Shown piece by piece: positions 1 through 11,300 of a stretch of 64,000 nt of DNA. Both the position numbers and the translations under genes were made by a program. Within the stretch, counting starts at the first letter, position 1, and each line of letters starts with the position of its first letter. This DNA is from Eledone cirrhosa (lineage: Eukaryota): contig OZ024757.1 in assembly GCA_964016885.1 (NCBI GenBank), forward strand, positions 17,794,001 to 17,858,000, written 5' to 3'. A model generated the notes under the pieces. The model saw nothing but the letters and a program-made list of their open reading frames with translations, was not told where the DNA came from and made no database searches.

Positions 1-116
1 ATACCAACGTAGCCTTCTCTCGAGTAAACAACATCTGATCCCTCTTATTTATAATGTTTCCCTTAGTTCGTTTATGCTTTGCCATTCGCGTATATTACTA
101 TTACACATCCAGCGGA

Positions 117-118
<2 letters not shown>
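1..118 (-). mobile_element. RTE LINE fragment (same family as 8318-12310 and 23365-26210)
   Basis: Near-identical to 8695-8813. Confidence 0.85.
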
Positions 119-167
<49 letters not shown>

Positions 168-236
168 GATATTAAATAAATGAAAACTATATTTATAAAA
201 CCATATTTATTAAATATATATCATATATCATCATTA

Positions 237-690
237 TCTATAAAAGGCAGATTGTTGTTGTGTGTGTGTGTGTGTGTGCATGTTCCATGTTTATACATTT
301 GCACAATTTCAAACCGATTCGACTCAACGTCTATAAGAATGTTGTAAATGGTCTAACTTAGGTCAACGACTATTTATTTCATTCAAACTCACCCACAATT
401 ATGGAAATAAACGATAAAACTAAATACATGACGCTTTACCCCTCTAATAGAATCTGATTGCCTCTCTCTACTCCCCTTAAAATTTGATAAAACTACATAC
501 ATGCTTACAAACTTCCTTTAGGAACGCCAAAGAGAGAGAGAGAACGTTTGTTTTTGAGTGTGGAATGGTCAAACATTTATTTACTTCAATGACAAAGAGA
601 ACTTATTACATTTCACACTAAACAACAATTATTCAAAAGCAACAGACAAATTTATTCAACAAAAAAAATAGCGATAAATCTTTTTTAAAA
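237..690 (+). mobile_element. Possible non-autonomous Helitron-like 5' portion
   Basis: Starts TCTATAAAAG followed by a (GT)n tract, like the Helitron 5' ends at 21989 and 40760. No clear 3' CTAG. Confidence 0.3.
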
Positions 691-730
691 CCTCTCAACG
701 AACGTGGAAGAAAGAAGTATCAGTTTATTT

Positions 731-1258
731 ACAGACAGACAGGCGGATAGACAGATAGACAGACAGACAGAGAGACAGGTGGATAGACAGATAGACAGAC
801 AGACAGACAGACAGGTGGATAGACAGACAGACAGAGAGACATACAGGTGGATAGACAGACAGACAGACAGAGAGACAGACAGGTGGATAGACAGATAGAC
901 AGACAGACAGGCGGATAGACCGGATAGACAGACAGACAGACAGAGAGACAGACAGGTGGATAGACAGATAGACAGACAGACGGATAGACAGATAGACAGA
1001 CAGACAGACAGAGAGACATACAGGCGGATAGACAGACAGACAGGCGGATAGACCGGATAGACAGACAGGCGGATAGACAGACAGAGAGACAGACAGGCGG
1101 ATAGACAGATAGACAGACAGACAGGCGGATAGACAGACAGAGAGACAGACAGGCGGATAGACAGATAGACAGACAGACAGGCGGATAGACAGAGAGACAG
1201 ACAGACAGATAGACAGAGAGACAGACAGACAGACAGACAGATAGACAGACAGATAGAC

Positions 1259-1289
<31 letters not shown>

Positions 1290-1380
1290 TAGAGAGACAG
1301 GTAGACAGAGAGACAGACAGACAGACAGACAGAGAGACAGAGAGACAGACAGACAGAGAGACAGAGAGACAGAGAGACAA
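731..1380. repeat. (GACA/GATA/GGCG) compound microsatellite, left part
   Basis: Visible tandem tetranucleotides. The same tract resumes at 6996-7140. Confidence 0.97.
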
Positions 1381-1602
1381 ATTTCTGTTTATTTGCCACT
1401 AGGGCACAAAAGAAAGGGACATGTACATGGGTGGGGGGAGTTTACATAAAAATCGAGTAAGAAAAATATAACAAACAAAATAATAACAAGAAGATCCTCA
1501 ATAGGGAGGGATCGTTTTGGGGTCACACACACCCCCGAAAAAAGTGTGCGACCCTTCTCCACGGGAGCACAAAGAGAGGGTGCTCCCTCCTTTCTGTTCC
1601 AC

Positions 1603-4600
1603 CTACAGGCTGAGGTAGAGAGAAGGCCCATTCACACGGGCCATTCTCGCAACTTTCACCCACCTTTCATAAAACTGGCTGGAGAGGAGCACCTCTCTCT
1701 CCATCCTGATCCTTCTTCCGAAATGGTATCGGAAGAAAAGGACCAGTTGTTGGCCGGAGAGAAAGGTGTCCGACCTCAGCCCTTTCAGACGCGTCCACCA
1801 TATAGCCTCTTTTACCATGGCTATTACACAGAGGAAGACCGCCTCTCCTTCATTTTTGAAGGGGGGAGGCGGCTTGATCGTTACAATGGACTCGGTGGTC
1901 AACCTAATTGGTCCCACCCGTGACAGCAGTTGTTCAACATAGCCCCACAGATCGGCAACGCCCGGGCAGTGCACCAATGCGTGCGCGACGGTTTCCTCGT
2001 CGCGCACGCATCTGGGACAGATCTTTTTCAAGGGGTCCCTACCCGGGCGCCCGTGTCTGTAGAGCTTATCCCGAACGGGCAGAGCCCCTCGGTAGCACTG
2101 CCAGGCCAAGGACTTCTGGAAGTTGTCCATAGGTCCTGGGCCGAAAGTCCTACCGAATAGACTGGCCAGTTCGTCCTCCTCCATGCCTAGGGCTTCTCCG
2201 AGGGCGTCGTCGCACCCGCTAACCACCAGCCCTCTATAGAATGACGAGGTGGAGTCTCCGTCGATAGCCGGGTCCGCCTGCCAGAGAGCCGTGAGCGCCT
2301 GGGCACACTCGGTGTGCCAGTCGCCCAGTTTTCTCGGTCTTTGCTTCACCCAGGACTGCAGCTCGGTGAGCGAGACGAGCCTCGGGAAGGCTCGCCTCAC
2401 AAACGGGGCCCACACCGGTTGACCGGTGAGGAATACGTGGAGGTGCCTTAGCCTCAATGCGTGTTTACGCATTTTTAGCCACGGCATCCCCAGCCCTCCT
2501 TTCAAAGGGTGTTGACAGCAGATGGATCTCCTCACTAGAGGAGACCTCTTCTTCCAAAGGAAATAAAAGAGGGCGCGCTCCATTTTGGCGAGGATCTCAC
2601 CCGGGCAAGGCACGACAGTCAAGCGGTAATAGATGACGGACGCTATGTAAGCGTTCGCCACCTCCGCCCGACCTTTTAGGGATAGTTTGCACTCGGCCCA
2701 CTTCTGGGTCAGTGCAAACACCCTATTCGTCACCTCACCCCAGTTTTTCTCCACCTGGAGGTCCGGTCCGAACCAGACCCCAAGCAACTTCACCGGGCCC
2801 TCCGTCCACCGTCCGACGATACCGTCGCACGACATCGCTTTGCCCCTCCACTCGCCGAGTTGCAAAGCGACTGACTTGTCCCGGTTCAGCTTAGCCCCTG
2901 TCAACCTTTCGTACTCCTCTAGTAAGGTGCCGATTGCCTCGATTTCCGAGGCGGTCGACACCATTACTGTTACGTCATCGGCGTAGGCCGACACCGCTTT
3001 GCGCAATCCCGGTTCCAAAGAGATGCCCTGCAACAACTCCAACTTCCGCAGTAATGGCTCGAGAGTCAATACATACAGAAGGGAGGAGAGAGGGCACCCC
3101 TGTCGGATGGAGCGGGTGATTTCGAACGGCTCCGAAAGGTAGCCGTTCACCTTGATTCTAGAGCAGATGCGGCTGCTGTGCATGGCAGTGATCCAGCCCC
3201 TGAAAACGGGTCCGAACCCAGCCGCCGCTAGCACCGCATCCAGGTAACCATGGTCCACCCTATCGAACGCTTTAGACTGATCTAAATTTATCAGGGCCCC
3301 ACCAAAGCCGGGTTCGTTCCCAACCCTCTCTATGATGTATCGCATGAGGTGGAGGTTGTCGTGGATGGACCTGGACGGGATAGCGCATGTCTGCGCATCT
3401 CCCACCAGGCCCCCCACGACAAGCGCCAACCTCTTCGCTAACACCTTCGCCAAAATCTTTAACTCTGCATTTAGCAGAGTTATGGGCCTAAAATTACTAA
3501 TGTCATCCCCCTTGTTCTCGTCCTTCCTCACTAGCGAGACTACGCCCTTGGTCACAGAACAGGGAATTCTCCCGTTCTGTTGCCAGTTGCAGTAGACCGC
3601 CTCGAGGAGATCGGGGAACAAGTCCGGCATATTAATATATAGTTCGTAGGGCAGACCATCGAGTCCTGGAGATTTGCGTTTGCCGCATAGGCTCAGCACG
3701 TCCCCTATTTCAGCAGCTGAGATCGGCCCGTCGCAGGACCTCGCCTCCCTGTCCGAAAGACGCGGCAGGCCGTCGAGGTATGGACCGAAATCCACATCTC
3801 CAACCGGCTCCCCGCCCCTCCCGAACAATTGGGCAAAGTGCCTTTGAAAGGCCTCGCACATTTGCTTAGGTTCAAGGATCAGCCGTCCATCCTGGTCTCG
3901 CAAAGACCGGATAGTGGATTTAATCCCACTTTTCGCTTCTGTCACGCGGGCCCAGCTAACAGCTTTGGTCCCCTCGTTTCCCAGAGCACGTATTTTGCTT
4001 CGGACAACGCAGCCTTCGTGTTTCGCGTCGAAGAACTGGTTCAAGACCGTTCTCGACGCTTGCACTCTGGCCACGTTGCCGCTTCTCATTGCCTCTTCAA
4101 CATTAACTACCAACTCCCTTTCCTTCCTATTTCTATCTGAGGCTAACTCCTTACTAACTCCTATTGAAACTACTCTAATCTCTCTTTTTAGAGAGCCCCA
4201 CCACCTGTTGTTGACGATGGCGCCCGTCAACTGCTCCTTAACTAAGGTTCTAATCCGGTCCCTGTAAGCTCTACTTGCCGGTAAGGACAAGTTGAGCTTC
4301 CAGTAACCGGGCCCCTGCCTATGCGTTCTATCAAGGTGGACTACGCAGGTCACTAACTTGTGGTCTGAATAGCCCACCATGAGCATTTCTGGACAACTTA
4401 AAAAGTCCCTATCCTTAATTCTAACTAAGAACCTATCTAGGTACGATCTAGATTGACCACTGTTATTTGACCAGGTCCAGGTTGGTACAGTCGGAAAATC
4501 TAGTCGGTATCTATCGGCCAGGTCGAATCGGCCGATTAACCCCTTAAGGCTGTTACACCCCCCTCTATCGGGACATGCCCCTACATAGTCCCAACGTGCA

Positions 4601-5040
4601 TCTAGGATACCATTCCAGTCCCCCACTAAAAGCAAGGAGCGGGACGTCCCTAGAAAAGTCTCCAGACGATGGAAGAAGTCCGACCGCATTGCCCCAAAAG
4701 GGGCGTATACGGCGACAAGCCTAAAAGCTTCGCCTTCGCCATTGCCAAGGTCCAGAACCACGAGTCGACCCTCCGGGTCCAAGTGTACCGTCTGTGTAGC
4801 GAGACCCAGATGTTTTTGCAGCAGAACGACAACCCCACCCCCACCTCCGGGCTGACAGAGAGATGCGTGCATCTCAAAGTCATCAAAGGTGGGGGTTAGC
4901 TGTCGCATGCTGCTGATCCGGGCCTCGCAAATAACCATCACATTTACACATTGTGACCTGAGGTCACTTAGAAGTTTAGCTTGCTTCCAAGGTGAGCCCA
5001 GGCCACGCGCATTTAGACAACCCACTCTTAAGACAGCCAT
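1603..5040 (-). CDS. Element A ORF2: APE endonuclease, reverse transcriptase and C-terminal CCHC (1145 aa, intact)
   Basis: APE motifs NARGL, GDWN, SYLDR, SDH. RT motifs PGLDG, RPITLLN, KAFDRV, RQGCPLS, YADD. Zinc knuckle CPRC-x7-H-x4-C. Confidence 0.95.
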   Translation of the reverse strand: MAVLRVGCLNARGLGSPWKQAKLLSDLRSQCVNVMVICEARISSMRQLTPTFDDFEMHASLCQPGGGGGVVVLLQKHLGLATQTVHLDPEGRLVVLDLGNGEGEAFRLVAVYAPFGAMRSDFFHRLETFLGTSRSLLLVGDWNGILDARWDYVGACPDRGGCNSLKGLIGRFDLADRYRLDFPTVPTWTWSNNSGQSRSYLDRFLVRIKDRDFLSCPEMLMVGYSDHKLVTCVVHLDRTHRQGPGYWKLNLSLPASRAYRDRIRTLVKEQLTGAIVNNRWWGSLKREIRVVSIGVSKELASDRNRKERELVVNVEEAMRSGNVARVQASRTVLNQFFDAKHEGCVVRSKIRALGNEGTKAVSWARVTEAKSGIKSTIRSLRDQDGRLILEPKQMCEAFQRHFAQLFGRGGEPVGDVDFGPYLDGLPRLSDREARSCDGPISAAEIGDVLSLCGKRKSPGLDGLPYELYINMPDLFPDLLEAVYCNWQQNGRIPCSVTKGVVSLVRKDENKGDDISNFRPITLLNAELKILAKVLAKRLALVVGGLVGDAQTCAIPSRSIHDNLHLMRYIIERVGNEPGFGGALINLDQSKAFDRVDHGYLDAVLAAAGFGPVFRGWITAMHSSRICSRIKVNGYLSEPFEITRSIRQGCPLSSLLYVLTLEPLLRKLELLQGISLEPGLRKAVSAYADDVTVMVSTASEIEAIGTLLEEYERLTGAKLNRDKSVALQLGEWRGKAMSCDGIVGRWTEGPVKLLGVWFGPDLQVEKNWGEVTNRVFALTQKWAECKLSLKGRAEVANAYIASVIYYRLTVVPCPGEILAKMERALFYFLWKKRSPLVRRSICCQHPLKGGLGMPWLKMRKHALRLRHLHVFLTGQPVWAPFVRRAFPRLVSLTELQSWVKQRPRKLGDWHTECAQALTALWQADPAIDGDSTSSFYRGLVVSGCDDALGEALGMEEDELASLFGRTFGPGPMDNFQKSLAWQCYRGALPVRDKLYRHGRPGRDPLKKICPRCVRDEETVAHALVHCPGVADLWGYVEQLLSRVGPIRLTTESIVTIKPPPPFKNEGEAVFLCVIAMVKEAIWWTRLKGLRSDTFLSGQQLVLFFRYHFGRRIRMEREVLLSSQFYERWVKVARMARVNGPSLYLSL

Positions 5041-5063
5041 GTTGGTGGCAAAGAAAGAGGCAC

Positions 5064-6821
5064 TTACCTCTCTGCGTCCCGGGGTTCGGGTCGCTCAGTT
5101 TCCATGGGGCTGGTGGCGGGGTTGATGGGTGGGGTGGTGGTTTGTGGTGGTGTGGGGGTACTGGTGTGTGGAGGGGTTGGGATCTTTGGAGTTGTGTGGG
5201 TGTTTGAGGAGGGGAGGGGAAAACCTTTCAGGAGGACGCGGTTGAGTGGCCTGGTGCAGGGTGGGCCCACGTCCTCAGGGTACATGTCTTTTAAAGTTTT
5301 AAAAATGTCAAGTGGGATTTTCACCATTTTCAGGTTAGGGAGCCCCATTGCCGTTACGAAATTCGGCCCTTCGGTTTGTATCGAAGGGTTGGTTTCTATT
5401 TTTAAAGTTAGGTTTTCATTGTTTTTGTTTATGTATGTGTATAGTTTTTGTGTTGTTGTGTTTGTTTTTGCTTGTTGTTGTTGAGTGAGTTTGCGTTTTA
5501 TTGTCTGTGTTGTGTTGTCAGGTGGGGTTATTTTTGTTGTTGTGGTGTGTGTACGTTTTTTTCTTTTCACTTTTTGGAAGGGAGCCCCCTCGTCTTCCGA
5601 CGATATGAGCTCCTCTTCCGTATTGGAGGGGAGGGGTATATCTCCGGGTTGTGTATGAACTGTTTTTGTATTTGTGTTCTGTGGGGTGGGGCTGGGTGGG
5701 ACCGTGTTTTGGGTTGTTTTCTTGAGCTGTTGTTGATGTTGTTGTTGTTGTGGTGGTGGTGGTGGTGGTGTTGTTGGTTTTTGTTGTTCTGGTGGTGATG
5801 GTAGTGTATTTTGTTGTTTTTGTGATGGTGGTGCTGGTTGTTTTTGTTGTTGTTGTGGTGTTTGTAGCAGTGGTTTTTTTGTTGTTAGTAGAGGGCAGGC
5901 CGTCCTCAGGTGCCCTCTGCCAGCGCAGTGGTAACATGAGGGTCTCCTGCCTTCCACTGTGATATTTATGTAGGTTCGCCCATCCAGTAGCACTCGGTCG
6001 GGTATTCCGGAGATTCTCTCAGGTGTCATCTGTAAGAGAACCTCCAGACTTTTCCCCCCGAACAGTCCACTGGTGGACTCCCCTGCTGAAATTAGTATGT
6101 CCTTATCTAGGTCGGTAAATCCTGTTAGGACGGACCAGATGTTAATTTCTGGCGTAGGGCTCCACATTCTTATCCTTTGTGTTCTTCTTCCTTTATATGT
6201 GGGGAAGAAGGTGTAATGTGGTGACACTATAGGTGCCACCGAATATTTCTGAGCCAGCATTTCGTCCTTCATTCAGACCATAATGCTGGCATACAGCTTT
6301 CCTCTTTGAATAAAGAGTATGTCATTTTTAATTTCTTTCAGAACCAGCTCGATTTGACTTTCGGTCAATTGCGCTGGCTTTCTCGTTTCGTTGGTTATGG
6401 TTCTGTAGCTTACGGTATTCTTGTAAATCTGTTCACGCACTTCTTCTGGGGAGTTGATCGTAAAAGAACCATCCTCCCCAAAAGATACGTATTTTCTAGC
6501 CTCTAGCAAATTTTCCTTGGCGTTCGTGATGTCAATGGCTTTGTATTCCGTGGCTCTCCTAAGTGTTTGGGCAAAAGAAATTTTGTCTTTGTTTGTTGTT
6601 GTAATGTTGTTGGTTTCCTTATTTGTGGTGCTATTTTTTTCTTCAAAATTAATTTTTTCATTTGAATTGAAATTCTTTTTTTCATTGGAGAGGAGGGGTT
6701 GTTCAACAGTTTGAACTGTTGTTCCCTCTTTCCCGCTTGTTTTTTTGGTCGGCGTGGCGTTCGCTTCCAATATGGCGATATCGTTTTCGACGATATCGTT
6801 ATCAACGATATCGATAAACAT
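5064..6821 (-). pseudogene. Element A ORF1 (gag-like, zinc knuckle) split by one in-frame TGA at 6273-6275
   Basis: The ORFs 6273-6821 and 5064-6272 are contiguous and in frame. Contains the CYHC-x4-H-x4-C knuckle and is homologous to ORF1 of elements B and C across the stop. Confidence 0.85.
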
Positions 6822-6995
6822 TTCTCAAATATTTATTTTTCACCCCAAAAGGGGTGAAAATATATTTACCCGACGTCTAGAGTCCCAGACTAGGGGTTAC
6901 AGTTAATTATACAAAATAATTCAAAAAAATCCACTCACAAAATTAGCAGGTAAAAATCCAAATCACAGAGCGATATGACACACGTCTACTATCCT

Positions 6996-7140
6996 GAGAC
7001 AGAGAGACAGAGAGACAGACAGATAGACAGAGAGACAGATAGAGAGACAGACAGACAGGCGGATAGACAGACAGGCGGATAGACAGACAGGCAGACAGAG
7101 AGACAGACAGACAGGCGGACAGAGAGACAGGCAGACAGAT
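6996..7140. repeat. (GACA)n compound microsatellite, right part
   Basis: Same motif set as 731-1380. Confidence 0.95.
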
Positions 7141-7247
7141 ATACAGTACTCTTATTATGATATAGATTTATCTTATTATATTAGATTTATCTTATTATAA
7201 TATAGATGTTTTAGGAACAACATGTATAACATATATATCTCGATTTA

Positions 7248-7388
<141 letters not shown>

Positions 7389-7449
7389 TTAGGTATTATG
7401 TTACAGGGAGAAAGAGGTAAGCATACATTTATAACTCAGTGTAACATCT

Positions 7450-8002
7450 GAGAAAGGTGTGTAAGAAAGATGTGTAAGAAAGGTGTATAAGAGAGAAGAG
7501 AGGTGTGTAAGAAAGATGTGTAAGAAAGGTGTGTAAGAGAGGTGTGAAACAAACGTGTGTAAGAAAGGTGTATAAGAGAGAAGAGAGGTGTGTAAGAAAG
7601 ATGTGTAAGAAAGGTGTGTAAGAGAGGTGTGAAACAAACGTGTGTAAGAAAGGTGTATAAGAGAGAAGAGAGGTGTGTAAGAAAGATGTGTAAAAGAGGT
7701 GTGTAAGAGAGGTGCGTAAGAGAGGTGCGTAAGAGAGGTGTGTAAGAAAGGTGTGTAACAGAGGTGTGTAAGAAAGGTGTATAAGAGAGGTGTGTAAGAA
7801 AGGTGTGTAAGAAAGATGTGTAAGAGAGGTGCGTAAGAGGTGTGTAACAGAAGTGTGTAACAGAGGTGTGTAACAGAGGTGTGTAAGAAAGATGTGTAAG
7901 AGAGGTGCGTAAGAGGTGTGTAACAGAAGTGTGCAACAGAGGTGTGTAAAAAAGGTGTGTAACAGAGGTGTGTAAGAAAGGTGTGTAAGAGAGGTGTGTA
8001 AC
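7450..8002. repeat. Minisatellite, ~13-bp GAGGTGTGTAAGA-type unit
   Basis: Visible tandem repeats. Confidence 0.95.
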
Positions 8003-8004
8003 AG

Positions 8005-8310
8005 TCATCTTTCAGTAAGATGGAGCACCCCCTCAGTGAGGAATAAACTTCCACGTATTTTTAAATGAAAAGTTTCCAGGTTGTTGGATATGAAGAAGTA
8101 GCCCGCATCCTTGGCCCCTGCACTCCCCAGATATAACAACCATGACCCTTTTCTTGTGGGCTTATACGAAAGATATGTACCACACTAAAGTAAAGGACAT
8201 GGATGACTTTCAGCAAAGAATAACTGTCGCCATTGTGACTATTGATGAAGGTATGTTAAGAAAGACATGAACAGAAATTGAATAACAAATGGAGCCCCAT
8301 AGAGATATTT
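8005..8310 (+). mobile_element. Decayed Tc1/mariner-superfamily transposase fragment
   Basis: Translates to FQ*DGAPP..FLNEKFPGCWI..WPLHSPDIT..LWAY.KD, matching the Tc1-type QDGAPPH and WPPRSPDL motifs. Confidence 0.75.
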
Positions 8311-8317
8311 ACAAACT

Positions 8318-11300
8318 ATCATCATCATCATCATCATCAACGTTTAACGTCTGTGTTCCACGCTTGCATGGGTTTGGACGGGGGTAGTCCCACTTGAGGC
8401 AAGAGTGATTGTCTTGCTCGCATAGGACTGTCTGGCAGGTTTTCTACAGTTGGATGCCTACTGGCTGTAGTAGGTTTTACTATGTATTTAGGTAAGGCGG
8501 GTTTTCTCTGTTACTGAGTACCGCCAAAGGTCTCGGTCCAGTGACATTGTCTTGGAGAGGTGTAAGTGTGTGAGGTCGGAGTTTATCAGCTCGTCCCAGG
8601 TTTTTCTAGGTCTGCCTATTCCGTGGCTACCGTCTATCTTTATTGCCCTGCACTTTGTTATACAGCTATCGACTTTCATGCGCATCACGTGTCCATACCA
8701 ACGTAGCCTTCTCTCGAGTAAACAACATCTGATCCCTCTTATTTCTAATTTTTTCCTTAGTTCGTTTATGCTTTGCCGTTCACGTATATTACTGTTACAC
8801 ATCCAGCGGAGCATGCAAGCTTCGTTCCTCTCTAGTCTGCGTATATCCTCTGCACACAATGCCCAGGTCTCACTGCCATGCAACATTGCTGTTCGTATGC
8901 AGGCATCGTACAACCTGCCTTTCATTTTTAGGGAGAACCCTTTAGCAGCTAATAGTGGTATAAGCTCTCTGAACTTTTTCCAACCAGTTCTGACTCTAGC
9001 TACTGTACTTTCAGAGCATCCTCCCCCACTGCTGATTTTATCACCCAGGTAACGGAAGCTGTCCACTATTTCTATAGAACCCTCTGCGCAATTGAAAGAG
9101 CTAGTATTTTGTGGGCACTTGCTGCTACTTATTGCACCAGAGCACCGGCCACATGTAAAATCTATGTTCTTAGTTAGCTTACCTGTGATCCCACTACATC
9201 TTTTATGCACCCATACTTTGCATTTAGGACATAAAATAGAGTTTCTACCTACGCCTTTCCTACACACCGAGCACGACCATTTCCCAGAAGGGACCGGCGC
9301 CTTATTTTCTTTCCTATAAACTAGAACTTTAGTCTTAGCCAGGTTAATTTTAAGGCCTTTTGATTCTAGGCCGTGCTTCCATGTTTGGAATTTCTTCTCT
9401 AGCTCGGCCATTGATTCCGCTATGAATGTCAGGTCGTCTGCGTATAGGAGTTCCCATGGGCAGCCGGTCTTGAACTCCTCTGTTATAGCCTGAAGGGCAA
9501 TAATAAATAGTAGGGGGCTGAGAACAGAGCTCTGATGGACGCCAACTTTTACGCTAAACTCTTCACTATATTCGTTGTTAATTCTAACCTTGCTGACTGT
9601 TTCTTTATACATGGCTTGTATAGCTCTCACAAGCCATTCGTCAACGCCAAGTTTTCTAAGAGCCCACCAGATAATGGAGCGGGGGACTCTGTCGAAGGCT
9701 TTCTCCAAGTTGACAAAAGCTAAGTAGAGGGGTTTACCTTTAGCTAGGTACTTCTCCTGTAGTTGTCATACAATGAAAAGAGCGTCTGTGGTACTTTTGC
9801 CTGACACAAACCCAAACTGCATTTCATCTAGGTCAATTCTCTCTCTGATTAGTTGTGCTATTACTTTTTCCGTGACCTTCATGACCTGGTCGATTAATAT
9901 AATGCCTCTATAGTTACTCCTATCTAGGGCGTCTCCTTTACCCTTATAACAGTTAACGATGATGCTGCTATGCCAGTCCTTCGGAACAACCCCATTCTGT
10001 ACGACTTAGTTAACTATGCGGGTGACCATGGTGTGTCCCACCGTGCCAGATGCCTTCAGCATCTCAGCAACTATTTCCGAAGGCCCAGCGGCCTTACCCG
10101 TCTTCATATCCTTGATTGCCTTACTTATTATACTCCCCTCGACTAACACTGCTGGTCCCTCTATTGGGTCGATATGGGGGAGACTGTCTTTCTCCCATTT
10201 ATTCTCCTCATTTAGTAGCCTTTCATAGTGACACTTCCAAGCTACCTTCTTATCAGCGTTGGTGATGGCAAGTATGCCATCATCGTTAAGTACACACTTC
10301 TCCCCGACAATATCACGGTTTTCCTTGACGCATTGCCTAGCAATCCTGAACACCTCACGTTTTTGGTCATCGCGTTGTAGAACATGCTTGAACTTTCTTT
10401 CCTCAGCTTCCCTTCTTGCTAAGTACACTTGTCTCCTAGCTACCCTCCTGGCCACTTGATAGTCTTCTCTACTTCCCCCATCCCGCCATACTTTCCAAGC
10501 CTGCTTTTTGGCCTTAATTGACCCCTCCACCTTACTGTTCCACGACCACCATGTTACTCTCCTCCTGCCTACAGGCCTGCTCCAGCCACAGACTTCGTCT
10601 GTCGCCAACAGCAGGTTTGCTTTCAGAAATTCCCACTCTCCCTCTATATTGTCCGACTCTAAATGTTCTTCCTTACTGTCGAAAGCATCAAGTAATATGC
10701 TTTGAAATTTATTTCTGGCTGTGGGGTCCTTTAGCTTCCATATTTTTCTCCTGAGGATAGTCCTCTTCTGCTGTCGAGTACGTCTCGTCCTGACTATGAG
10801 GTCACTAACTATGAGTCTATGTTGGGAGGTGCATTTTTCATGGGGGAGGGATTTAGTGTTTACAACAGACACTCTGTCACGTCTTCTGGTAAGGATATAA
10901 TCTACCTGGCTTGTGTGTTCCCCGGATCTATAGGTGATCAGGTGATTGTCACGTTTTTTGAAGTTAGTGTTACAGATCATCATCATCATCATCAGGTTTA
11001 GCGTCCGTGTTCCACGCTTGCATGGGTTTGGATGGGGGTTTTCCCACTTGAGGCAAGAGTGGTTGTCTTGCTCGCATAGGACTGTCTGGCGGGTTTTCTA
11101 CAGTTGGATGCCCTTCCTAACACCAACCACATTTACAGTGTGGGGCTGGGAGGTTTTTACCGTGTTGCCTACACGGCCACATTACAGCGTGAACTGTCTG
11201 GCGGGTTTTCTACAGCTGGATGCCCTTCCTAACACCAACCACATTTACAGTGTGGGGCTGGGAGGTTTTTACCGTGTTGCCTACACGGCCACATTTACAG

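Larger units (their letters stand above)
1381..6995 (-). mobile_element. Tx1/L1-clade non-LTR retrotransposon A, full length, inserted in a (GACA)n microsatellite within a BDH2 intron in sense orientation
   Basis: Has 5'UTR, ORF1, ORF2 and a 3'UTR ending CCCTAGTGGCAAATAAACAGAAATT. Both ends abut the same microsatellite. Confidence 0.93.

Noticed and set aside
685-1399. ORFs in microsatellites and minisatellites (also 7401-8054, 18172-19466, 38077-38691, 39511-40648)
   Set aside because: They are translations of simple repeats.
5041-5067. Mini-intron within the ORF1-ORF2 spacer fusing ORF1 to ORF2
   Set aside because: The spacers are only about 25-40 nt, and A, B and D have no AG between the donor and the ORF2 ATG.
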